A DNA stretch of 64,000 nt from Minisyncoccia bacterium (lineage in GTDB: Bacteria > Patescibacteriota > Minisyncoccia > Phycocordibacterales > UBA918). Within the stretch, counting starts at the first letter, position 1, and the number at the start of each line of letters is the position of its first letter. Where the stretch lies: NCBI GenBank assembly GCA_041738755.1, contig JBGSPE010000007.1, positions 13,079 to 77,078 on the forward strand, in the 5' to 3' direction. Positions 57,017 through 64,000 of the stretch are shown piece after piece. A program made the position numbers and the translations under genes. Below the pieces are notes generated by a model. That model was not told where the DNA came from and did not search any database. It was given only the letters and a program-made list of their open reading frames with translations.

Positions 57017-57036
57017 TAAAGATCGATTGAAAAGGA

Positions 57037-57771
57037 TTATTTGCAGTCTTCTTCCTTGAAGACGACACCTTCAGCAGTGGCTTCTGCCTTGGTGAAGGGG
57101 TCCACCATGACCTCGAGAGGTTCGGTGAGATCGGATTTCACCAGAAGCGTCCGCTTGCGACCGCTGTACGGCCCTTGGACGAGATAGTCCATCCACGAGC
57201 CACGGTTGATTTCATCGACCGTGGCAGTTGGAATGTAGTTACGGAAGCCACAGGTGTTGGCGGGGACGGTGAAGGTCAGGCTTTTGGTGCCTGGCTCAAA
57301 CACCAGGAGCATCCCTTCAGCCGGAACGTCCGGCATCTTGCTCCCATCCGTGGCTTCAGCTTCAGACTTTTCAGTCTCCGCTTCGGGCTTCGCTGCTTCG
57401 GTCACCTTCGCTTCGGCCCAGTTGGTGGTAGCAATGGTCCACTGACCGAAGCCAGAGAAGAGCATCGTCACTGCAAAGGTGATGCCTCCGCCTAAGCGAA
57501 GTACGGTGCCCCAAGGCTGGACGGCAGGAAACTTCAGTTCGTGAAGCTTGTTGCCGCCCCAGAGCATCACAGCTGCGATGATGAGGTTCCAGGCAAAGCC
57601 AAGCTTTGCCCAGGCCAGCAGAACGCCGATCCCAGCAAAGGCGATGCCGATGCCGATGTTGATAGCCAGCTTGGTGGTTGAGCTCATGGTGTTTCCGCGA
57701 TTGGTGGTCGCTTGGGTCGCTTGAGCTTGTGTATTGCCAGCGATGCCAGCAACAGGAGGATTGGTTGTCAT
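57037..57771 (-). CDS. membrane protein with a C-terminal soluble beta-rich domain (possibly NfeD-like), translationally coupled to the SPFH gene
   Basis: 2-3 N-terminal TM helices, Ala/Glu-rich linker, C-terminal ~100-aa domain; ATGA overlap with the upstream SPFH gene; GC-rich. Confidence 0.5.
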   Translation of the reverse strand: MTTNPPVAGIAGNTQAQATQATTNRGNTMSSTTKLAINIGIGIAFAGIGVLLAWAKLGFAWNLIIAAVMLWGGNKLHELKFPAVQPWGTVLRLGGGITFAVTMLFSGFGQWTIATTNWAEAKVTEAAKPEAETEKSEAEATDGSKMPDVPAEGMLLVFEPGTKSLTFTVPANTCGFRNYIPTATVDEINRGSWMDYLVQGPYSGRKRTLLVKSDLTEPLEVMVDPFTKAEATAEGVVFKEEDCK

Positions 57772-58859
57772 GAAGTTTTCCCTTTCGGTTTGGGTTTACC
57801 TTTTGCCTGGCCGGTGACGCGAGATGCGAGTGCCCGGCCTTCAGGTGTGCGGAGAATTGCAGCGATTGCCTTGGCTGCTTCAGGGTCGAGACCATGAAGT
57901 GACAAGTCAATTTCTGTGCGGTTGATTTGCATCCCCTCAAGGTTACCCGAGATAGAGAGGAATCGGTCACGTGCGAGATTGACGTCAGCTTGGGTCATGC
58001 GACCTGCAGTAATCTCTGCCTTGAGTTCATCCTTGGTTAGGCCGAGGATGATTAGAGTACCGCTCGCGATAGCTTCAGCTTCGCCGATGGCTGACATCGT
58101 CTTCTGCATATCTTCGCTCGGGAGGAGTTCTCTCACTGTCACATCAGAGATTCTAATTCCACACCTTTTTTCGATAGGATGTTTCTTCTTTCTGAATTTC
58201 TTGTCAAGGATATTATTGAGATCCTTGTAGAGATTTAGTGCCTCCCGGACAGTCTTATCTTTAAACTGTTCAGCGATTTCACCGATGATGAGGTCGGTGA
58301 TATCGTTGGCTACGCCAGAGACACTGCCGAGAAAGGTGACCGGATTATTTTGGTCCGGACGCAGGCGGAAGGACCCTTTTCCTTTGATGGTTCCATCCTT
58401 ACATTGGATGGTAAAATCAAAGTCATTGGATGCTTCTTCCAGGGAAATATTGTTTTCGCCGAGGCGACGTTCCCATGGAAAGCTGACATGCGTCCCCGGC
58501 CCGTAGAAGACGTTGGGATTTTGAACCCCTCGCAGAGTGGCAAGGGTATCTTGGGTGACGAACATCCCAATGGTGGGATTCCTGATGATAAACCATTTTC
58601 CAATGGAGTACACCAGAATGCCAGCTGACAACCCAAGGCCGATGAACCAGAAAATCATTCCTGCCAGTGACGTTTGAACGTCAAGGGTTTCTGCACCGGG
58701 TAAAGGTTCGGTGGGGAAAAATTGTTCCCCAAACCACTGGACTATGGTCGGAACCAACCACAACACCAAGATGGTGTATACGGCCAGAACTAACCAACGG
58801 TCAATCTGGCTGCGGTTGCTGATGTCGGCATCGGACGGCTGAGTGAATTGATCGGCCAT
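57768..58859 (-). CDS. SPFH/band-7 (stomatin/flotillin/HflK-like) membrane protein
   Basis: N-terminal TM helices, SPFH core (…FDFTIQCKDGTIKGKGSFRLRP…), coiled-coil and Lys-rich tail. Confidence 0.7.
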   Translation of the reverse strand: MADQFTQPSDADISNRSQIDRWLVLAVYTILVLWLVPTIVQWFGEQFFPTEPLPGAETLDVQTSLAGMIFWFIGLGLSAGILVYSIGKWFIIRNPTIGMFVTQDTLATLRGVQNPNVFYGPGTHVSFPWERRLGENNISLEEASNDFDFTIQCKDGTIKGKGSFRLRPDQNNPVTFLGSVSGVANDITDLIIGEIAEQFKDKTVREALNLYKDLNNILDKKFRKKKHPIEKRCGIRISDVTVRELLPSEDMQKTMSAIGEAEAIASGTLIILGLTKDELKAEITAGRMTQADVNLARDRFLSISGNLEGMQINRTEIDLSLHGLDPEAAKAIAAILRTPEGRALASRVTGQAKGKPKPKGKTS

Positions 58860-59035
58860 GATATGTAATCCTTTTCAATTTTCAAAGGTCATTTCCTGTA
58901 AAGGGTGACCGAACAAGCTGTTATTATAATAGCATAGAATTTGCTAAAAGTCAATAAAAACCTTATAAATCAAGGATAGTTTCTTAAAAGAAGGCTTATA
59001 ATATACGTACTTTATTTGCTATATGTGTCTGGGTT

Positions 59036-60094
59036 TTGTATGATTTGAGCCACATGAGTACTGCTACGTATAAAGACCTGAGAAGTCGGGAAGAAAAGCA
59101 GCTGGCGGCGAAAGCTGATACACGTCCACGAGTGACCTTGTCGTTCTATCGATATGTGCAAATTGCTGATCCTGAACAGTTTCGTTTGGAGCTATTAGAG
59201 GCCTGGAGTAGCTTAGAATGCCGTGGTCGTATCTACGTCGCACACGAGGGTATTAATGCGCAAATGGATGTGCTGAAGGAGCAGTGGGACGCCTTTGACG
59301 CTTTTGTGCAGAGCCGACTGGAGCTTGCTGCAGTGCCATACAAGATAGCGGTAGAAGAAGGTGAACTGCCGTCGTTTTTTAAGTTGACAATCAAGGTCAA
59401 AGATAAGATTGTGGCGGACGGTCTTGATGATGCCTCATTTGATGTGACTGATACAGGAGTGTATCTGACAGCGGCTGAAATAAATGCGTATGTCGAAGAC
59501 CCGGATGCGGTAGTGGTTGATATGCGAAATTCTTATGAGAGTGAAGTAGGTCATTTTGAAGGAGCTATTACTCCAAATGTAGAGACGTTTCGGGATGAGC
59601 TTGCTTTAGCACCTGCTCTCCTTGAACCATACAAGGATAAGAAGATTGCCCTCTACTGTACTGGTGGCATTCGTTGTGAAAAGGCCAGTGCCTGGCTCAA
59701 GCATAACGGTTTTAAGGATGTACGACACTTAAAGGGTGGGATTATTGACTACGCTCATCAAGTGAATGAGGAAGATTTAGAGAATAAATTTAAAGGGAAA
59801 AATTTTGTCTTCGATGAACGTCTCGGTGAGCGAGTGGGAGGGGAAGTGATTGCTCATTGTCACTTATGTAAAGTTACAAAGAGCGACACACACCACCATT
59901 GTAAAAATGAAGTGTGCCACGCTCTATTTATTGGATGTGATACCTGTATAGAAAAGAAACAGGGATATTGTGGAATTATCTGTCAGTTGACTGATAGATT
60001 ACCAAAGGGAATGAAAAAGCGGTACGCCAGATTCTATAACCAAGTCATCCGTAAGCGCATGAAATTTAAGAAGACGAGGTTGGTGAGTATTTAA
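59036..60094 (+). CDS. trhO: rhodanese-domain tRNA uridine(34) hydroxylase (TrhO/YceA, UPF0176)
   Basis: UPF0176 N-domain, rhodanese active-site loop YCTGGIRCEKAS, C-terminal Cys-rich tail. Confidence 0.75.
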   Translation: MYDLSHMSTATYKDLRSREEKQLAAKADTRPRVTLSFYRYVQIADPEQFRLELLEAWSSLECRGRIYVAHEGINAQMDVLKEQWDAFDAFVQSRLELAAVPYKIAVEEGELPSFFKLTIKVKDKIVADGLDDASFDVTDTGVYLTAAEINAYVEDPDAVVVDMRNSYESEVGHFEGAITPNVETFRDELALAPALLEPYKDKKIALYCTGGIRCEKASAWLKHNGFKDVRHLKGGIIDYAHQVNEEDLENKFKGKNFVFDERLGERVGGEVIAHCHLCKVTKSDTHHHCKNEVCHALFIGCDTCIEKKQGYCGIICQLTDRLPKGMKKRYARFYNQVIRKRMKFKKTRLVSI

Positions 60095-60118
60095 AAAACT
60101 GCCACAGGCAGTTTTTTA
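60094..60118 (+). terminator. rho-independent terminator
   Basis: aaaaaactgcc aca ggcagtttttt. Confidence 0.8.
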
Positions 60119-60218
60119 AATTGCGCGTGAGAGAGGCTCGGTCACAAATAATTTTGCAAACAAAATTTTCTCGACCCGTAAAACAGTGTATAGACACTGT
60201 TTTACCATTTGTTCACAA

Positions 60219-60270
60219 GCTCACATCATTCCGGCTTTCGAGTCCCCACGGTAGCAAAGCAGTTTGCTAC
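60219..60270. repeat. repeated intergenic hairpin element, copy 1 (palindrome ggtagcaaa gcag tttgctacc at 60249-60270)
   Basis: Shares …tcacaag…catc at(t/g)ccggct…caaagcagtttgc… with copy 2; contains ttcgagtcc, a same-sense copy of the tRNA-Leu T-loop/T-stem. Confidence 0.7.
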
Positions 60271-60272
60271 CT

Positions 60273-60334
60273 TCTCACGCACAGACAAAAATCGCCCTCA
60301 TAAATGAGGGCTGATTTTTGTATCTGTGCGTGAG
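60273..60334. repeat. long imperfect inverted repeat enclosing a terminator hairpin and overlapping the tRNA-Leu 3' end
   Basis: ctcacgcacagacaaaaatc [gccctca taaa tgagggc] gatttttgtatctgtgcgtgag; the right arm includes the tRNA discriminator plus acceptor 3' strand. Confidence 0.8.
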
Positions 60335-60407
60335 AGAGGACTCGAACCTCCACAGGTCACCCTACTAGTTCCTAAGACTAGCGCGTCTACCATTCCGCCA
60401 CTCACGC
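60327..60407 (-). tRNA. tRNA-Leu (anticodon TAG), long variable arm
   Basis: Reverse complement: acceptor GCGTGAG/CTCACGC, anticodon stem CTAGT/ACTAG with loop CTTAGGA, variable arm ~TAGGGTGACCTGTGG, T-loop TTCGAGT, discriminator A. Confidence 0.8.
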
Positions 60408-60593
60408 AATGTGGGCGAGTATAGCAGATTTCTTTGTTGGTTGCTACCAACTTGGAAAAGTCTTCCAAACATTCTAAGTCCGGACAAAAATAAAAACCCT
60501 TTCGGGTCTTTATCGTCGTCACAAGTCCTCAGAAAGTATATTCCTTACAGTCATTACTTTCTTGGCTCGCGACCCCGCCTCACTCGTAGCAAA

Positions 60594-60644
60594 GCTACAT
60601 CATGCCGGCTCGGACAGCCGTCGCAAGCAAAGCAGTTTGCTTGC
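60594..60644. repeat. repeated intergenic hairpin element, copy 2 (palindrome gcaagcaaa gcag tttgcttgc at 60623-60644)
   Basis: Same core and loop as copy 1 with two compensatory base-pair swaps in the stem; contains cggacagccg, complementary to the tRNA-Lys 3' end/trailer on the other strand. Confidence 0.7.
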
Positions 60645-60649
60645 TAATT

Positions 60650-60685
60650 AAAACAACCTCAGACTAAAAAGTCTGAGGTTGTTTT
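60650..60685 (-). terminator. hairpin terminator downstream of tRNA-Lys
   Basis: aaaacaacctcagac taaaaa gtctgaggttgtttt. Confidence 0.7.
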
Positions 60686-60696
60686 AATTCCGGCTG

Positions 60697-60769
60697 TCCG
60701 CCCTCCAGGACTCGAACCTGGGACCATCTCGTTAAGAGCGAGCTGCTCTACCAACTGAGCTAAGGGCGG
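60697..60769 (-). tRNA. tRNA-Lys (anticodon CTT)
   Basis: Reverse complement: acceptor CCGCCCT/AGGGCGG, D-arm GCTC AGTTGGTA GAGC, anticodon stem GCTCG/CGAGA with loop CTCTTAA, T-arm CCAGG TTCGAGT CCTGG, discriminator A. Confidence 0.85.
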
Positions 60770-60824
60770 ATTGGTTGGTCAAGCGAGTTTACAACAAAGT
60801 AGACCTCGACACAAGTCACTTTTG

Positions 60825-60897
60825 AGTCCTGGGTGGGAGTCGAACCCACGTATGGCGGTTTTGCAAACCGCAGCGTTAACCACTTCGCCACCAGGAC
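60825..60897 (-). tRNA. tRNA-Cys (anticodon GCA)
   Basis: Reverse complement: acceptor GTCCTGG/CCAGGAC, anticodon stem GCGGT/ACCGC with loop TTGCAAA, T-arm GTGGG TTCGACT CCCAC, discriminator U (as in bacterial tRNA-Cys). Confidence 0.85.
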
Positions 60898-60988
60898 AGT
60901 ACGGCCCACTATATCACCATTTACCTAAAACAAAAATAACAATTTGGGGGAATACTTGTTATTATGTGAGTATAATCACGTTTACCAT

Positions 60989-61477
60989 ATGGCAACACGT
61001 CGTTGGACAATTAAAGACTTAAAGACAGCAGTGAAATCATCTCACAGCACCCGTGAAGTTATTTTTAAATTAGGTTTAATCCCAGCGGGTGGGAATTATG
61101 AGCAAATAAAAACCGCAATATTTGAGAATAAAATTTCAACTACACATTTTACCGGTAAGGGATGGCGAATAAACCGGACGTTCGCACCAAACCCGCGCAT
61201 CCCACTTTCAAATATATTGGTAGGTCACTCAAAATTTCAAAGCTTCAAACTCAAAAAGCGATTATTTACAGAGGGTTTAAAGTTACAAAAGTGCGAGCTG
61301 TGTGGCTGGGCAGAACAATCACAAGATGGTAGAATCCCTCTCGAACTCGATCATATCAATGGTGACCGTTATGACAATAGAATAGAAAATCTAAGGATTC
61401 TCTGTCCAAATTGTCACAGCTTACAACCTACGCATCGAGGGATGAATCAAAAACGCCGGGTGAAGCAGAAGCCCTAG
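60989..61477 (+). CDS. free-standing HNH endonuclease (homing-endonuclease-like) between tRNA genes
   Basis: C-terminal HNH motif [25 protein letters not shown] with CELCGW…CPNCH zinc ligands; basic N-terminal putative DNA-binding domain; TATAAT at 60971-60976 just upstream of the ATG at 60989. Confidence 0.8.
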   Translation: MATRRWTIKDLKTAVKSSHSTREVIFKLGLIPAGGNYEQIKTAIFENKISTTHFTGKGWRINRTFAPNPRIPLSNILVGHSKFQSFKLKKRLFTEGLKLQKCELCGWAEQSQDGRIPLELDHINGDRYDNRIENLRILCPNCHSLQPTHRGMNQKRRVKQKP

Positions 61478-61483
61478 CAATAG

Positions 61484-61566
61484 GCCAGGGTGGTGGAATG
61501 GTAGACACGCGACACTTAAAATGTCGTGGGAGAAATCCCGTATGGGTTCGAGTCCCATCCCCGGCA
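61484..61566 (+). tRNA. tRNA-Leu (anticodon TAA), long variable arm
   Basis: Acceptor GCCAGGG/CCCCGGC (A4·C69 mismatch), anticodon stem CGACA/TGTCG with loop CTTAAAA, variable-arm hairpin GGGAGAAATCCC, T-arm ATGGG TTCGAGT CCCAT, discriminator A. Confidence 0.75.
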
Positions 61567-61617
61567 CAATAATTGTCAAAAACCCCGGCCAGTATGGCCG
61601 AGGTTTTTGTTTGTCAC

Positions 61618-61959
61618 TTACTTCAAACTCTGCTTCTGAATTTCTTGGAATACTTCATCGACATGTTGTCGGTGTCGTTCACCGGCATCAACCATGAAAT
61701 CAAAGTGGGGGATACGTTTCATTCGAGCCTTCTCCTTAATATAGTTTCGGACACTGGTGCCGCTTCGTTTGAGGAAAATAAGGGCATCAGCTTCCTTTCC
61801 ATCTGGAATAGTCGTAAAGAATACAATCGCTTTTTTAAGGTCAGGTGAAACGTCTACTCGCGTAACAGTAATCATCGGGCTGGTGTTAGCCTCGTGTAAG
61901 ATAAAGGTCGCTACATGCTCCTTCAATAAATTTCCAACTTTTGCTTGGCGTTCTGACAT
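61618..61959 (-). CDS. rbfA: ribosome-binding factor A
   Basis: ~113 aa KH-like RbfA pattern (…[16 protein letters not shown]…[20 protein letters not shown]…); directly downstream of infB. Confidence 0.8.
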   Translation of the reverse strand: MSERQAKVGNLLKEHVATFILHEANTSPMITVTRVDVSPDLKKAIVFFTTIPDGKEADALIFLKRSGTSVRNYIKEKARMKRIPHFDFMVDAGERHRQHVDEVFQEIQKQSLK

Positions 61960-61965
61960 ACTAGT

Positions 61966-63477
61966 TTAGGTAATTACGATATCGTGAGGCTTGAGGACGT
62001 CACCAGGGGCAATTTCAGTTCGGGTCTCGAGCTGCATGCCAAATTCTCCTTCTTCAACGTGCTGTACGTCAGACTTGTATTGTTGAAGGTTCTTAACTGT
62101 ACCGTGACCAATTTCAATATCCCGACGAAGAATGGTTACTCGTTGGTTCATTTTAATAGTTCCTTCTTCTACTCGAGCACCGAGGACGTGGGTATACTTC
62201 TGGGTACTGAAGTGCTTGAGGATTTTGGCTGCTCCAGTAATAACTTTCTCCTCTTTTTTTGGCGTTCGGTTCTTGAGGGCGGTATTGAGCCACTCTGAAA
62301 GTTCATAAATAATTGAGAAGGTATCAATCTCAACTCCAAGTCGTTCAGCTAAGTCTTTAGCTGGGCGTTCAACTTTTACGTTAAATCCTACAATGATAGA
62401 GTTTTCCGTTGCACTCACATTCTGAACGTCACTGACACTGATATCTCCCACACTGGTTCCGATGACACGGACCGTGATGCGGTCTGATTCAAATTTACTG
62501 AGTTCGTGTTGGATAGCTTCAATAGTCCCGTTCACATCTGCCTTGATAAGGATAGGGACGGTAGGGAGGCTTGATCGCACCACAATCTCATTTGGTTCAG
62601 GTACTGAGGTATCGGCCGCAGTCATGGCAGCCTCGGCTTCTTTTTTGTTTGCGTAGGCAAAGAATCGTGTCCCTACTTCTGGGATACTATCAAATCCTAC
62701 AATCTGAACTGGAGCTGAGAGACTAGCTTCTTTGAGAGTCTTGCCTTGGAAATCTTCCATGATACGAACGGGTGCTAGAGCGCTACCAGCAATCACGACC
62801 TGACCGCTTTTGAGAGTACCGTTTGTAATGAGTAAGGTTGCTGTGTTGCCTCGTTTGGTATCGAGATTACTTTCGATGATATGTCCGGTAGCGAGCGCTC
62901 CCGCATCACCAGTAAGTTCTTGCAGGTCTGCAGTAAGGATAACGAGATCAAGGAGGTCATCTATACCAGTCCCGGATTTAGCAGAAATCGGTGTCCATGG
63001 AATATCACCACCCATGCCTTCAATATAGATTTCATGTTCAATGAGGCTTGCTTGGGTGCGAGGGATGTCGGCTCCTGGCTTGTCGATTTTGTTGATAGCC
63101 ACAATGTAGGGAATATTGGCTTGCTTGATTGAGGCAAGGGCTTCCATAGTTTGTGGCTTTACGCCGTCCTCAGCCGATACAATCAAAATCGCGACATCAG
63201 CGACGTCAGCGCCACGCAGACGCATCTTTTGGAACGCTTCGTGACCGGGAGTGTCGAGGAAGGTAATAGTCTCATGATTACCATCTTTAGTCGTATGTGG
63301 CACCACATAAGCAGAAAGGTGCTGGGTAATACCACCAGCTTCGCCATCAACGATGTTACTTTTGCGAATCGTATCAAGCAGCGTTGATTTGCCATGGTCA
63401 ATATGGCCCATCACCACCACAATCGGCGGTCGCTTGATGATTTGTTCGATTTGTTTTGTTTTCTTGGCCATAGACAC
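61966..63477 (-). CDS. infB: translation initiation factor IF-2 (short form lacking the N-terminal extension)
   Basis: G-domain VVVMGHIDHGKSTLLD, DTPGHEAF, NKID; 503 aa with C-terminal beta-barrel domains. Confidence 0.9.
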   Translation of the reverse strand: MSMAKKTKQIEQIIKRPPIVVVMGHIDHGKSTLLDTIRKSNIVDGEAGGITQHLSAYVVPHTTKDGNHETITFLDTPGHEAFQKMRLRGADVADVAILIVSAEDGVKPQTMEALASIKQANIPYIVAINKIDKPGADIPRTQASLIEHEIYIEGMGGDIPWTPISAKSGTGIDDLLDLVILTADLQELTGDAGALATGHIIESNLDTKRGNTATLLITNGTLKSGQVVIAGSALAPVRIMEDFQGKTLKEASLSAPVQIVGFDSIPEVGTRFFAYANKKEAEAAMTAADTSVPEPNEIVVRSSLPTVPILIKADVNGTIEAIQHELSKFESDRITVRVIGTSVGDISVSDVQNVSATENSIIVGFNVKVERPAKDLAERLGVEIDTFSIIYELSEWLNTALKNRTPKKEEKVITGAAKILKHFSTQKYTHVLGARVEEGTIKMNQRVTILRRDIEIGHGTVKNLQQYKSDVQHVEEGEFGMQLETRTEIAPGDVLKPHDIVIT

Positions 63478-63581
63478 GATACATTGGTAAAACCACCAGA
63501 CTTTGGTGGCACTGCTAAATTAATGTGTGGCAGTATAGCAGAGATTTACATATTTATCACGTCGTGTCATGATTTTGGGTA

Positions 63582-64000
63582 ATGTTTAAAAAGCCCCGGG
63601 TCTATCTTGACTATGCTGCAGCCACACCGCTCTCCCCGGCGGCATTTTCGGCAATGAAGCCGTGGCTCTTGGATAGCTACGCAAATGCGAGCGCGATACA
63701 CGCTGAAGGCCTGGCTGCGCGTCAGGCGGTAGAGGCAGCACGCGAGCAGGTAGCTGATGTAGTAAAAGTTCGACCTGAGTACGTGACATTTGTGAGTGGA
63801 GGAACTGAAGCAAACAATCTAGGTCTTTTTGGAACGGTTGAGTATCTCAAAAACCAAGGTCGAACCTATGAGTCGATGGAAGTTATTACGACTGCGATTG
63901 AGCACCCGTCTATTACTGAAGCAATGAAGGAGCTCACAAGTAAGGGTGTGAAGGTCTTAACAGTTAATGTAAATTCAGAAGGAAAAATTGATCGTAACCA
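63582..64000 (+). CDS. cysteine desulfurase (NifS/IscS/SufS family), 5' part; gene continues beyond the window
   Basis: MFKKPRVYLDYAAATPLSPAA…NASAIHAEG…VTFVSGGTEANNL matches the class V aminotransferase / cysteine desulfurase N-terminus. Confidence 0.8.
   Translation, partial: MFKKPRVYLDYAAATPLSPAAFSAMKPWLLDSYANASAIHAEGLAARQAVEAAREQVADVVKVRPEYVTFVSGGTEANNLGLFGTVEYLKNQGRTYESMEVITTAIEHPSITEAMKELTSKGVKVLTVNVNSEGKIDRN

Noticed and set aside
57371-57970. 199-aa minus-strand ORF rich in His/Arg/Ser
   Set aside because: It overlaps the better-supported 57037-57771 and 57768-58859 genes in another frame and is a GC-rich shadow ORF.
1-64000. CRISPR arrays, transposases, integrases
   Set aside because: No regularly spaced direct repeats, no DDE/serine/tyrosine recombinase motifs and no IS-like terminal inverted repeats were seen. 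The only mobile-like gene is the HNH endonuclease.

Overview
This 64 kb window looks like a compact, gene-dense bacterial chromosome segment. Genes on both strands are mostly housekeeping: translation (prfB, lepA, infB, rbfA, rpsA, rpsU, pth, valS, hisS-like, ybeY, tsaD, rlmB, trhO), cell division (ftsE, ftsX, ftsB-like, ftsA, ftsZ), envelope (murJ, O-antigen-ligase-like, lepB, prsW, SPFH), metabolism (pyrG, glmS, trxB, msrA) and gyrA. The gene content (short IF2 and S1, short RF2 without the programmed frameshift, few Shine-Dalgarno sites, many small membrane proteins) suggests a reduced genome, possibly of CPR/Patescibacteria type; that is inference. I identified 9 tRNA genes by hand folding (Gln-TTG, Arg-CCT, Phe-GAA, Val-GAC, Glu-TTC, Leu-TAG, Lys-CTT, Cys-GCA, Leu-TAA), a type-A RNase P RNA (rnpB) and many hairpin terminators. 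The features most worth a second look are: (1) a tandem array of five paralogous small two-helix membrane proteins with VirB2/TrbC-pilin-like architecture, next to an orphan MalE-like substrate-binding protein; (2) a ~1.2 kb ORF-free, hairpin-rich region with locally elevated GC upstream of gyrA; (3) a tRNA cluster with a free-standing HNH endonuclease, tRNA-end fragment copies and a twice-repeated hairpin element whose stem shows compensatory base changes; (4) a tRNA-Arg locus with inverted and direct partial copies of the tRNA 3' end; (5) a duplicated 5' end of msrA around a 100 bp structured insert; (6) a divergent HisRS-like protein with an apparently degenerate motif 2. No CRISPR array, transposase or integrase is visible. 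All family assignments rest on remembered motifs, not database searches.
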